From Hypanus sabinus (taxonomy: Eukaryota): a stretch of 64,000 nucleotides of DNA. Shown piece after piece: positions 39,925-52,299 of this stretch; positions within the stretch are counted from its first letter, which is position 1, and each line of letters begins with the position of its first letter. The notes beneath the pieces were generated by a model. The model did not search any database. It saw nothing but the letters and a program-made list of their open reading frames with translations, and was not told the origin of the DNA. The translations under genes and the position numbers were made by a program. Location: positions 106,826,001 through 106,890,000 of the forward strand of contig NC_082717.1 in NCBI RefSeq assembly GCF_030144855.1, given 5' to 3'.

Positions 39925-40620
39925 TATATCATGTCAATCCTGTAATTCTCCAGAGTTTGGATGGTATCGTTGTGTCAAACAGTCCCATGTAGGCTGTAAT
40001 TCTGTTTAGATGGTGATCGCTTTCTTGGATTGTCCCATATAGCCTGTAATTCTCTGGAGTTCTGCTGGTGTTACTCTGACTGTCCCATGTGGGCTGTAAT
40101 TCTCTGAAGTTCAGATGGTGTTACGCTGACTGTCCCATGTGGGCTGTAGTTCTCTGGAGTTCAGATGGTATTACTCTGACTGTCCCATGTGGGCTGTAAT
40201 TCTCTGAAGTTCAGATGGTGTTATGCTGACTGTCCCATGTGGGCTGTAATTCTCTGAAGATCAGATGGTGTTACGCTGACTGTCCCATGTGAGCTGTAAT
40301 TCTCTGGAGTTCAGATGGTGTTATGCTGACTGTCCCATGTGGGCTGTAATTCTCTGAAGATCAGATGGTGTTACGCTGACTGTCCCATGTGGGCTGTAAT
40401 TCTCTGGAGTTCAGATGGTATTACTCTGACTGTCCCATGTGGGCTGTAATTCTCTGAAGTTCAGATGGTGTTATGCTGACTGTCCCATGTGGGCTGTAAT
40501 TCTCTGAAGATCAGATGGTGTTACGCTGACTGTCCCATGTGGGCTGTAATTCTCTGGAGTTCAGATGATGTTACTCTCTCGGACAGCCCATGCAACCTGT
40601 AATTCTCTGGAGTTTGGATG
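39925..40620. repeat. 50-bp minisatellite, 11 core units plus degenerate flanks
   Basis: TGTCCCATGT recurs exactly every 50 bp from 40081 to 40531 (variant TGTCCCATAT at 40031). Confidence 0.97.
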
Positions 40621-43199
40621 TGACACTGTATAGGGAGGCTGTTTAATGTAGGCTGTCAGTCCTCCAGTGGGGCTTCAGTAGTGAGCGTTTCCCTTGTTGG
40701 ACCACCCATAGAGCTTCACTAGCAGGACTGTCCACTTGAAGTCTTGACAAATAAAAACACAAACTGCTGGCAGAACTCAGCAGGCCAGACAGCATCTATG
40801 GGAGGAGGTGGTGACGACGTTTCGGGCCGAAACCCTTCATCCGGAGACATTGTTTTTGAGCCCCGAGCAATGCACATCAATTAAAACAAAAACACAAGAG
40901 ATTCTGTAGATGCTGGAAATCCTGAACAACACACAAAAACACAAGTTCCTGCAGCATTTTCTGTGTGTGACTTCAATCAAATTACCTTTGTGTTCTTTCA
41001 CTAATTTGGTTCATGCAAAGATATGCAATTATACAAATTTTTACTGTCTCTATCATGCTGTCTTTGTAGTTCTTTGCAAGTTTCACATTTCCTTTGATCA
41101 CCAAAAAACTTTACTCATCCTGCTAACTTCCACTCACTCACATTCGATCAAACCGACCTCATGTTTTTATCTCCAAATCAGCACCAACCATTTTCTATTT
41201 CTTAAACTTAACATTTTGGCATTTTTCATTTGGACTTTTTCACTAACTTATCAAACCTAAATGTTCTACTTGGGTAAGAGTTTCTAGCAGGTTTCACAAC
41301 TTACTGAAAACCAAGATTAAGTTTTCTCCCCCATTCACTGCTGAGATACATTTAAGTTTTTCCACAAACTCACTAACTTGCACAAATTTATTAATTTTTT
41401 TTCTGTGCCAAACTGCTTGTACGACTAATTTTTGACACTCTAATGACTTGCATAATAAATTAGCAAGTTTAAATATGGCTCTACCAGCTTGCTTTTCTTT
41501 TTTCAATTTTATTTTTAAAAATAGCAAGGAAGTCCTCAATCCTAATTTCCATCTGATAATGAAAAAGCCAGAATTATTTTTTTCTCAGACAATTTGGGAT
41601 ATAAAAGGAAGTTCTTACCCATTTTGTTGCACACTAAAAATTCCCTCTTTGTCTTGCATTGGTCTGAGCTCTAAATCCAGCTCAGCTAATTGATTGATTT
41701 TGGTCTTTAAACCTTTGGAAGTCAGGTACAAGGCATAAAACTGTTTCTTCATGATCATTTTATATAAAGTTGATAGACCAGGAACAGAACAGTGACAGGG
41801 GTCTAGTACTTGAAGAAAGCGAAACTGGAGATGGTGCCTAACATAACAGCTACTATCATACCCAAAGATAAGAAAAATACCAATAACATCTATAGAAACT
41901 ATTAAACCAGTTAGAAACCACTTCGTCAATACAGCAGTAAAAATCAAAAAAATGAGAAAATACTTCCTCACTTAATAAAGTACAAAGAAACTTCCTGAAT
42001 TATACTTTGTACAGCCACGAGAGGCATCTTAAACTGTATGCATACAAAGGCTACTTAAAGCATAGGCAGAGAATTAATTGTTGAAGAGGAAAGAAAATAA
42101 CAATTCAAATTAAACAGATGGATCCAACAGACCCAGTCCCTGCACACTTGATTCGCAGTGATAGGAAATTCTGAAGCTCAGAGATTTCTGGGTAAGAACA
42201 GTGCCATTCATTGTATTTACAAGCATAGCCTCCCCCCTGCCAAATGCCACCAATCCAGTCAATGTTTTTATGAGAACTCAGTAGCCGGTTTAACAGAGCT
42301 CCCACAAGCAATGCATTCGATGTCAAAAGGCACTCTTTGTGTCAACAGTCAAAGCAATTTTTTTCCTCAATCATCTTCCAAATGTTGCTACTCTATCATT
42401 CATTGCCATAAACGCCCACTCAGTTTCCTGCTCCTCATCATATGCTCTTACCCCTTTCACTGTCCAGAGTCCTGAACTCTGCCTTGTGCTGACCAACCTT
42501 TGGTTTCTGACGCTGCTCCATTAAATATCCAACTAATGTTTCACCATCTTGCTTTCATATTTTGGAAGACAGTGCTCTATTCTAACAACCCAGCTGTATG
42601 AGACACAGCCCTTTGGAAGCATTGCAATGACCCATAATGTTAAGTAGATCTGAGGATCAGGATGTTAATGACCAATGTTATTCTTCCTCAGCCCAGAGAT
42701 TTGAGGGATGAAGAAAAAGTCAGATGTAACTGCAGTCAGCTCATCTTCTTTGTCAGTCTGCAGAAAGTCATGCAAGAAATTCAAGGGCAACCTCTACTCC
42801 CACAGACTGGTGACTGTTTGGAACCCATCACCACACGGAGAGCAAGGGACGAATGGCAGGGATGGATTTAAAGGGATTATTGTGGAACGAAAACACTGGC
42901 AGGGACCAACTGGGCTGAGTTGACCCCCGAATGTACACTAGGTGTGTTGAAATTCACTAGGCACCTGAGACGGAGTTTAAAATAGAACTGATTTATTAGT
43001 CACAGATCAAGAATATGAAACTCCAGTCCCAGTAAAGGTGAACATCAGCAGAAGAAACTCCTCCCATGCCCAGTGACCAGGGTGCAGAACTGGGTGCGAT
43101 AAGTAGCAACAACAATTGCAGAGTTCAACCTCGACAGTCACTTTTGAACTTTTCTGGATTCAACAACTGTGATGGTTAAATATCCAGCAAGCAACTTAT

Positions 43200-44216
43200 T
43201 TAAACCCTTTTCCCAGTGTGAACTCGGTAGTGTTTCACAAGGTTGGATGACCGAGAGAATCCCTTCCCACATTCAGAGCAGGTGAATGGCCTCTCCCTAG
43301 TGTGAACTGATTGGTGTGTTTGTAGGTTGGATGACTGAGTGAATCCCTTCCCACACACAGAACATCTGAATGGCCTCTCCCCAGTGTGAACTCGCTGATG
43401 TACCTTCAGCTGAGATAAGCAAGTGAATCCCTTACCACAGTCTGAGCAGGTGAATGGCTTCTCCCCAGTGTGAACAGACTGATGTGCCAAAAAGTGCGAT
43501 GATTGAGTGAATTCTTTCCCACAGTCTGAGCAGGTGAATGACCTCTCCCCAGTGTGAACTCGCTGGTGTACCTTCAGTTGAGGTAACTGAGAGAATCCCT
43601 TCCCACAATCTGGGCAGCTGAATGGTTTCTCCCCAGTGTGAACTCGCTGATGTACCTTCAGTTGATTTGACCGAGAAAATCCCTTCCCACATTCTGAGCA
43701 GGTGAACGGCCTCTCCCCAGTGTGAACTGACTGGTGTGTCAGTAGGTGGGATGACAGAGTGAATCCTTTCCCACAGTCTGAGCAGATGAAAGGCCTCTCT
43801 CCAGTGTGAACTGACTGGTGTGCCAATAATTGGGATGACTGAGAGAATCCCTTTCCACACTCTGGGCATGTGAATGGCCTCTCCCCAGTGTGAACTCGCT
43901 GATGTACCTTCAGTTGAGATGACTGAGAGAATCCCTTCCCACACTCTGGGCAGGTGAATGGCCTCTCTCCAGTGTGAACTCGCTGGTGTACCTTCAGTTG
44001 TGATGATTGAGAGAATCTCTTCCCACAGTCTGAGCAGGTGAACGGTCTCTCCCCCGTGTGAACTCGCTGATGTGTGTTCAGATGAGAAGACTGAGAGAAT
44101 GCCTTCCCACAGCTTGAGCAACTGAACGGCTTCTCCCCAGTGTGAATTTGCTGATGTGACTTCAGTTGAGATGAGTAAGAAAATCTCTTCCCACAGTCTG
44201 AGCAGGTAAACGGCAT
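43200..44216 (-). CDS. Tandem C2H2 zinc-finger protein, 12 fingers, no effector domain visible
   Basis: 12 intact C-x2-C-x12-H-x3-H fingers with TGE(K/R)P linkers; first in-frame ATG at 44216. Confidence 0.9.
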   Translation of the reverse strand: MPFTCSDCGKRFSYSSQLKSHQQIHTGEKPFSCSSCGKAFSQSSHLNTHQRVHTGERPFTCSDCGKRFSQSSQLKVHQRVHTGERPFTCPECGKGFSQSSQLKVHQRVHTGERPFTCPECGKGFSQSSQLLAHQSVHTGERPFICSDCGKGFTLSSHLLTHQSVHTGERPFTCSECGKGFSRSNQLKVHQRVHTGEKPFSCPDCGKGFSQLPQLKVHQRVHTGERSFTCSDCGKEFTQSSHFLAHQSVHTGEKPFTCSDCGKGFTCLSQLKVHQRVHTGERPFRCSVCGKGFTQSSNLQTHQSVHTRERPFTCSECGKGFSRSSNLVKHYRVHTGKRV

Positions 44217-44821
44217 CACACCAGTGTGAACTGACGTGTGTCTGTAGGTGGGATGAGTGAGTGAATCCCTTCCTGCACTGAGCAGATGTATGGCCTCTCC
44301 CCAGAGTGAATTCGTTCATGAGTTAACAGATCAGATGACTGAGTAAATGTCTTCCCACACACGGAACAGTTGAAAATCTCTCTCCCTTGTGAACTCACTG
44401 GTTTGTCTGTGGGTCGACTGAGTGAGTGAATCTACTCTCAGACAAGGAGCAGATGAAAGGCCTCTCACTGGTGTGAATTTTCTGATGTATTGTCAGCTTG
44501 GATGACAGAGTGAATCACTTTGCTCAGTCAGAACAAGTGAACCCTCTCCCTGTGGTGTGAACTTGCTGATGTATCTTCAGGCTGGATGACTGAGTAGATC
44601 CCCTCCCAAAAAAGAGGAGGTGACTGGCCTTCCCCCACTGAGTTCACTGATGTGACCGCAGGTCAGCAGAATTAATGAGTCCCTTCCCACGCAAACAGAG
44701 CAGGTGACTGGCCTCTCTCCACACGGTGAACTCACTGGTGTGTTTGCAGTTCGACTGAGTGAGAGAATCCCTTGTTGTTTTGCTTGAGATTCCACTTCAC
44801 ACATTCTTTGCCGTTTCTAAC
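44217..44821 (-). other. Degenerate frameshifted zinc fingers forming the 5' part of the ZNF exon
   Basis: About 6-7 broken finger units (e.g. [26 protein letters not shown]); acceptor TCTTTTTACAG/G with exon start at 44821. Confidence 0.75.
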
Positions 44822-45019
44822 CTGTAAAAAGATTCACAAAAGGCATCAATGGGAGAAGGTCAACATTTCAAATAAGATAATTTTAATCACTATGCTGAGC
44901 TCTGACATCACACTTTTACAGCAAAGTTCAGCCTAAGTTCAAAGAAGTCATTATCTAACTGGGCACAGATCAGGCATCAGGACTGACCATCAAATTCTCC
45001 AACAATTTTCCTACGTAAC

Positions 45020-47530
45020 CGTGTAACAATTATAGCATGGAAACAGGCCATCTCGGCCCTTCTAGTCCGTGCCAAATGCTTACTCTCACCTAGTCCCACA
45101 TACTTGCACTCAGCCCATAACCCTCCATTCCTTTCCTGTCCATATACCTATCCAATTGTACTTTAAATGACAATATCGAACCTGCCTCTACCACTTCTAC
45201 TGGTAGCTCGCTCCACACAGCTACCACTCTCTGAGTAAAGAAGTTCCCCCTCGTGTTACCCCTAAACTTTTGCCCCCTAACTCTCAACTCATGTCCTCTT
45301 GTTTGAATCTCCCCTACTCTCAATGGAAAAAGCCTATCCACGTCAATTTATATCTATCCCCCTCAAAATTTTAAATACCTCCATCAAGTCCCCCCTCAAG
45401 CTTCTATGCTCCAAAGAATAAAGACCTAACTTGTTCAACCTTTCTCTGTAACTTAGGTGCTAAAACTCAGGTAACATTCTAGTAAATCTCCTCTGTACTC
45501 TCCCTATTTTGTTGACAACGTTCCTATAATTTGGTGACCAGAACTGTACACAATACTCCAAATTTGGCCGCACCAATGCCGTGTCCAATTTTAACATTAC
45601 ATCCCAACTCCTATAGTCAACGCTCTGATTTACAAAGGCCAACATACCAAAAGCTTTCTTCACCTCCCTATCCACATGAGATTCCACATTCAGGGAACTA
45701 TGCACTATTATTCCTAGATCACTCTGTTCTACTGCATTCTTCAATGCACTATCATTTACCATGTATGTCCTATTTTGATTAGTCCTACCAAAATGTAGCA
45801 CCTCACACTTATCAGCATTAAACTCCATCTGCCATCTTTCAGCCCACTCTTCTAACTGGCCTAAATCTCTTTGCAAGCTTTGAAAACCTACTTCATTATC
45901 CACAACACCACCTATCTTAGTATCATCTGCATACTTACTAATCCAATTTACCACCCCATCATCCAGATCATTAATGTATATGACAAACAACATTGGACCC
46001 AGTACAGATCCCTGAGGCACACCATTAGTCACCGGCCTCCAACCTGACAAACAGTTAACCACCACTACTCTCTGGCATCTCCCATCCAGGCACTGTTGAA
46101 TCCATTTTACGACTTCAATATTAATACCTAATGATTGAACCTTCCTAACTAACCTTCCATGTGGAACCTTGTCAAAGGCCTTACTAAAGTCCATATGGAC
46201 AACATCCACTGCTTTACCCATCAATTTTCCTAGTAACCTCTTCAAAAAATTCAATAAGATTTGTCAAACATGACCTTCCACGCACAAATCCATGTTGACT
46301 GTTCCTAATCAGACCCTGCCTATCCAGATAATTTAATATACCATCTCTAAGAATACTTTCCATTAATTTATCCACCTTTTTGAACAATGGAACCATGAGC
46401 AATACGCCAATCCTCCGGCACCATCCCTGTTTCTAATGACATTTGAAATATTTCTGTCAGAGCCCCTGCTATTTCTACACTAACTTCCCTCAAGGTCCTA
46501 GGGAATATCCTGTCAGGACCCGGAGACTTATCCATTTTTATATTCTTTCAAAGCACCAGTACTTCCTCTTCTTTAATCATCATAGTTTCCATAACTACCC
46601 TACTTGTTTCCCCTACCTTATACAATTCAATATCCTTCTCCTTAGTCAATACCGAAGAAAAGAAATTGTTCTAAATCTCCCCCATCTCTTTTGGCTCCAC
46701 ACATAGCTGTCCACTCTGATTCTCTAAAGGACCAATTTTATCCCTCACTATCCTTTAGCTATTAATATAACCGTAGAAACCCTTTGGATTTATTTTCACC
46801 TTACTTGCCAAAGCAACCTCATATCTTCTTTTAGCTTTTCTAATTTCTTTAAGATTCTTTTTTACATTCTTTATATTCCTCGAGCACCTCATTTACTCCA
46901 TGCTGCCTATATTTATTGTAGATCTCTCTCTTTTTCTGAACCAAGTTTCCAGTATCCCTTGAAAACCATGGCTCTCTCAAACTTTTAACCTTTCCTTTCA
47001 ACCTAACAGGAAAATAAAGATTCTGTACCCTCAAAATTTCACCTTTAAATGACTTCCATTTCTCTATTACATCCTTTCCATAAAACAAATTGACCCAATC
47101 CACTCCTTCTAAATCCTTTTGCATCTCCTCAAAGTTAGCCTTTCTCCAATCAGAAATCTTAGCCCTGGGTCCAGACCTATCCTTCTCCATAATTATATTG
47201 AAACTAATGGCATTGTGATCACTGGACCCAAAGTGCTCCCCAACACATACCTCCATCACCTGACCTATTTCATTCCCTAACAGGAGATCCAACACTGCCC
47301 CTTCTCTAGTTGGTACCTCTATGTATTGCTACAAAAAACTATCCTGCACACACTTTACAAACTCCAAACAATCCAGCCCTTTTACAGAATGGGCTTCCCA
47401 GTCTATGTGTGGAAAATTAAAATCTCCCACAATCACAACTTTGTGCTTACGACAAATATCTGCTAACTCCTTACAAATTTGCTCCTCCAATTCTCACTCC
47501 CCATTAGCTGGTCTATAATACTCCCCTATA
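45020..47530 (-). mobile_element. CR1 LINE, 5'-truncated (about 2.5 kb), in the ZNF intron
   Basis: Endonuclease (GSSDHNAI), RT ([28 protein letters not shown]) and 3' UTR. Confidence 0.95.
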
Positions 47531-47904
47531 AGACTGTCTTCAGTCTGTGAATTGGCTCAGTTTGCCTCTCTCCACTAGTATTATTTCATGTTGAGATCAC
47601 ATGCCTCAGTGCTACAAAGATCACATGATATTATATGGCTGCTCGAGCAGATTTCCTAATTACTCTGACCTCCCCCCTCACCCTGCTGAATAACACTGGT
47701 GAACTTTTTCTCATTAGAGTGTGGCACTTTAGTGATGTGAAATTTACAGGTCACTTGTTACCCAGGACAAAGGAGTTTGATATCATTTTCACTCAGAGAG
47801 AATGGTACAAAACATGTTCTCACAAGTACAAAGGCCCAGAACAAGAGGAGGTAGAACAAAGGTTTTTTTCTCAAGAACTAAAGCTCATGGAAAGAATTTG
47901 GTGC

Positions 47905-49225
47905 TTTTTTTTTGGTATTTTTATTAAGTGGAAGGTAGACTCTTTATCAGAGACTATCTTGGAACTATTTTGTTCCAAGTTCCTAATCCTTGGATTGAGA
48001 TAGTTGGAGCTCCACAGTATTGGAGAGATCCATCCACTCCTATTCCCTCCACCTGTGTTTCCAGACCGGTAGGGAAACACTGGAAGTGTCACCCATGGCA
48101 CCTCTATAACCAGAAAAACCCATTAGCGAGAGACACATCTATCCAGGGCCTGGGTATGGATCGAGGGGAAAGGACCAGGTCTGTCCTGGATTTGCAGGGC
48201 CACAGTGTGTCCGGAGCTCACAGCAATTGTCTCTCACTTGTGGTGCAGACACCGATGCTGATGAAACACCCACTCGGAGCTCCGATCCTGCCTCCTTCTT
48301 CTTTTGTGCTAATAGCGGCTTGCACCTCTCAGGAAGCTGCATTACTGCCTCCTACTGTAGGGGAGAATGAGGGGAGCTCTGACAGGGATCAGATCTAAAC
48401 CTGTTTTAAATAAAAAGCTCACCAGGGACCCACGCAACTTAATCATCCCTGCCTCAGGTGCCAGAATATCTTGCAAACTAGGTACCCAGAGCTCCCCAAT
48501 AATTGCCCAAACAGCTTCCCACATCACAACATATATCTGTGGTACACCACACCTTGATCCCATATTCCACCATCTCTGGGACCTTAAAAAAATCACACCA
48601 CCCATTCCCATGTTTAACAACAAGTGCCAAAGTGGAGTGCAACCCCGTATGTCCAAACCTCAGTCTCATCAAACACACATCTTCCCTCCTGTTCCTTCAA
48701 AAGGTGCCTCCCCTGGACTGATAGAAACAAATTGTAATACCACCTCCCTCTCCCACAATTTCTGCTATTTCTGAATCCCACTCAACCTAACAATAGATTT
48801 GACTTCATACTTTCCCGTATTGACTACAATTCCTGCCTCCGACTTAGTAAGTGGCTGCTTTGCGAGAACGTAGGCCTATTCATTACCCGATACGCCCACA
48901 TGTGCATTTACCCAACAGAACTGGAGTACTATTCCCGCACTCTCCAGACACCTCCATTCCTAACCCTGCCCTTGAACGTTTCGATTCCAAACTCTGCAGT
49001 ACCGAGGCAGATCACGACTCTGTTCAGCTTAACTCATTCATCTCAATACAGACTAACGATAATGGCCAGAAATTCTGCTGTACAGACGGCTGACAGATGG
49101 GTTGTCCTTTTCCCCACCTCAGCATTAAACCAGGGGATGAATACCCCAGAGCTCACCCGGTTACTCACCGGGTCTTCAGCACCATCTGTGAAGATGGGCA
49201 AAAAGAAAACCTGCTGCAGCTGTAA
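47905..49225 (-). mobile_element. I/Nimb-clade LINE 3' fragment with RNase H
   Basis: IFTDG...SAVCTAEFLAI, WVNAHVGVSGNE*AYVLAK (RNase H), RLRFGHTGL followed by a Cys-rich motif. Confidence 0.75.
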
Positions 49226-49319
49226 ATGACCAGACACCCTCTCACCACCTACAAGATCCTGACTGTCCCCCAGTAACGTCAAACCTATTCCCTCTTCCAG
49301 AAATTTCCACAGGAACTCC

Positions 49320-49560
49320 AGGCTAGCTCACAGTTGGGCTAATTCGTAAATCCCAGGACATCTCTCGCACATATTCCCTAATTATCCGCCGAAACAGTTA
49401 CCACTCCGCTACCCGCTCCTACCTGCGGCCGATCCGCCAGAGCCTTTCGTCCACTGAGCGCATGCGCGATTTTCGGAACCCAGCTGTGATCTTTACGCCT
49501 GCGCATTTGATCGCTGGGTCACCGGCGGCGAATTCTGGAGCGCGGAGACCTCTGGGTAGA
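49320..49560 (-). promoter_or_regulatory. Putative CpG-island promoter and first exon of the ZNF gene
   Basis: CpG-rich; NRF1 palindrome GCGCATGCGC at 49458-49467 and a second near-site at about 49496; minus-strand donor candidates at about 49420 (CAG/GTAGG) and about 49330 (GTGAGC). Confidence 0.55.
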
Positions 49561-49759
49561 CAAGCTGCCAATCAGAATCAGGTTTAATGTCACTGAAATT
49601 AACGCCATAGAATTTGTTAACATTGCGGTCGCAATACACAAAAGATAACTGTGAATTACAGAAATTGTATATATATGTATAGTTAAATTATAGAAATGAA
49701 GAAGTAGCGAGGTAGTGTTCATGCGTTCAACGTCCATTCAGAAACTGGATGGCAGAGGG

Positions 49760-50557
49760 TATTACGTACCAGCAGCAATAGATCACAAATTGAGTCAGGT
49801 TTTAATGTTAAAACCACTATATTTATTAGTATCTACTTAAAATGTAAGAGATTAAACAAAATAAGATTAAGTTAACAGTGCTATGTATGTGTGTGGCTTC
49901 CAAACTTAGGAACAGTTCTCAAAGTCTTAAGACAGCAAACCAGAAAGGTCCAGTAATCCACGGAATGAGTGAGAGGAGGTACTGGTAAATCCACTTTAAA
50001 ATGTAAAAAGGAGGTAATCACAGAGAATTCCACAAGTTCCATGCTGGGAAATCGAAATATCAGTCGCCGAAGATCTTATCCATCGAGTCGTCCGGAAATC
50101 CACGTAGAAATATCACAAGGTGACAGTCAAGGAATGTTCCTTAGCATCAGTGGTCACCAAATAACATACCTGAAACCATGTAAGGATTAACAAAAGTGGT
50201 CGCCACAGAACACTCCAACAAAATCCACGTATGGATGATACTAAGTAACAGTCACATATCCAAAGTGCATGGTGTGCCGTTAATCAACCCAATCCTTTGG
50301 GCATGGGAAAGTATCAGACTTTACCCATTGTCACAGNNNNNNNNNNNNNNNNNNNNNNNNNNNNNNNNNNNNNNNNNNNNNNNNNNNNNNNNNNNNNNNN
50401 NNNNNNNNNNNNNNNNNNNNNNNNNNNNNNNNNNNNNNNNNNNNNNNNNNNNNNNNNNNNNNNNNNNNNNNNCTTGTTATACTGACGTCATAGTCCCGCC
50501 TCATCCAGGCGTTTTAAAGTGACCCCCCACAGTAAACGAAACTATGTTCATGTAACA
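49760..50557 (-). repeat. 3' LTR of the Gypsy element (contains assembly gap 50337-50472)
   Basis: T(A)TTACG...GTAACA; homologous to 56207-57641. Confidence 0.9.
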
Positions 50558-50729
50558 CCTCCACACAAAAAGGGAAAATTTTGATCTGTAAGAGCAAAAT
50601 TGTAACTGCAAACTAGAACATGTGAAACAATGTATTTATGGTTGCCATACAGCATAGTACAGACTAATATAACATATTGCAGGAGCGTATACCAATAGTA
50701 AATTCCACCCCAGTATTAAAAGTACATCG

Positions 50730-52080
50730 CAAACTTAACATCTGGAAAGACAATCGGCAATTATATTATCTCTGCCTTAAATGTGAGTTATCATGAGATC
50801 ATACTCCTGCAAAATCAAACTCCGATTCAACAACCATCTATTTTTGTGTGTTCAGCTTATTCAGAAACACCAATGGATTATGATCTGTATACACAACAAG
50901 TGGTTTCTGAGCTGTGCAAACATACACATCAAAATGCTGCAAAGCCAACATAGCTGATAATGATTCCTTCTCTATGGTGGAATAATTTATTTGATGCTCA
51001 TTGAATTTCTTGCACAAGTACGCCACAGGATGGTCAACATCATCATAAACATCCCTTTAACACTGCTCCTGCAGCTTCATCACTGGCATCTGTGGCTCTG
51101 GAAAATGGCTTTGCAAAGTCAGGTGACCTGAGCGCAGGTTGGTGACACAAGATGGCTTTCAATTCCTCAAATGCCTCCTGACAACGTTTCATCCAAATAA
51201 ACTTTTCACCCTTCTTCAGGAGGTTAGTCAATGGGAGAGCAATATCAGCAAAGTTCTTACAGAACTTGCGATAATATCCGACCATTCCCAGGAATCTTCT
51301 AAGAGTCTTTTTACTGGTTGGAATGGGAACCACCGAAATTGCCTGAACTTTTGCCTGGACAGGAGCCAGCCTGCCCTGACCTACAACATACCAAGACAGG
51401 TCACAGTGGCATGGCCAAATTCACTCTTAGCTAAGTTAACTGTAAGGTTGGCCTTGGAAAGCCTTTCAAACAGCTTTCCCACTGCAGTGACATGGGCCTC
51501 CCAGGTGTCATTCCCCGTGACCAAATTATCAATATAGGCATCTATGTGTTCTAACCCTTGAATTACAGAATTAATCATTCTCTGGAATGTTCCTGGAGCA
51601 TTTTTCATTCCAAATGACAGAACATTGTATTCATACAACCCAGAAGGTGTTACAAATGCAGAAATTTCTCTACCCCTATCTGTTAATGGAACATACCAAT
51701 ACCCTTTGAACAGCGATTTTTGTAAGAAACTTAGCCTTTCCAACCTTGTCTACTCAATCATCCACTCTAGGGATTGGGTAAGCATCTGTTTCTGTTATTG
51801 CGTTCACCTTCCTGTAATCAGTGCAAAACTTGGTACTACCTTCTGCTTTAGGTAGCATAACATAAGGTGAGCTCCAATTTGAAATAGAATGCCTAATAAT
51901 ACCATTTTCTAACATATGCTCAATTTCTTGTTCAGCAAGTCTACATTTTTCAATATTCATGTGATACGGATGCTGTTTTACGGGATTGACAACACCGACA
52001 TCAACATCATGTGAGGTTACTCTGGTTCTTTTTGGAACATCAGGGAACAAATTCCTCAATTTCATGATCAACTGCTTCAT
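50730..52080 (-). pseudogene. pol: Gypsy RT and RNase H (frameshifted)
   Basis: FCTDYRKVN, DAYPIPR, SFGMKNAPGTFQR, YIDN (YIDD mutated), TDASD, YSTIEKE, VYTDHNPL. Confidence 0.92.
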
Positions 52081-52299
52081 TCACTACTGCTGCTGTGGCT
52101 ATAAATGAGCCAATTTCTCATCAAGACTTTCCAAAATAGTTGAATTTGTCAAATGGCTGAAATAATGTTGGATTTAAAATAGGCCTCAGATGGATCAGCT
52201 GGTAAATTTCCAGAGAGTTTAGCTTCATTGATATTGACAACAATGGTCACAGCTTCTGTCTGTTTCTCATGGTATAGTTTAAGCATGTTTACATGATAA

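Noticed and set aside
40031-40580. CRISPR-like regular repeats
   Set aside because: Units are contiguous with no unique spacers, there are no cas genes, and the context is eukaryotic
41294-41971. Possible ERV gag or membrane-protein ORFs
   Set aside because: No recognisable motif by eye; left unassigned pending an HMM search
43432-44319. 295-aa repetitive ORF (SSHWGE repeats)
   Set aside because: Alternative frame of the zinc-finger array; typical of tandem ZNF sequence
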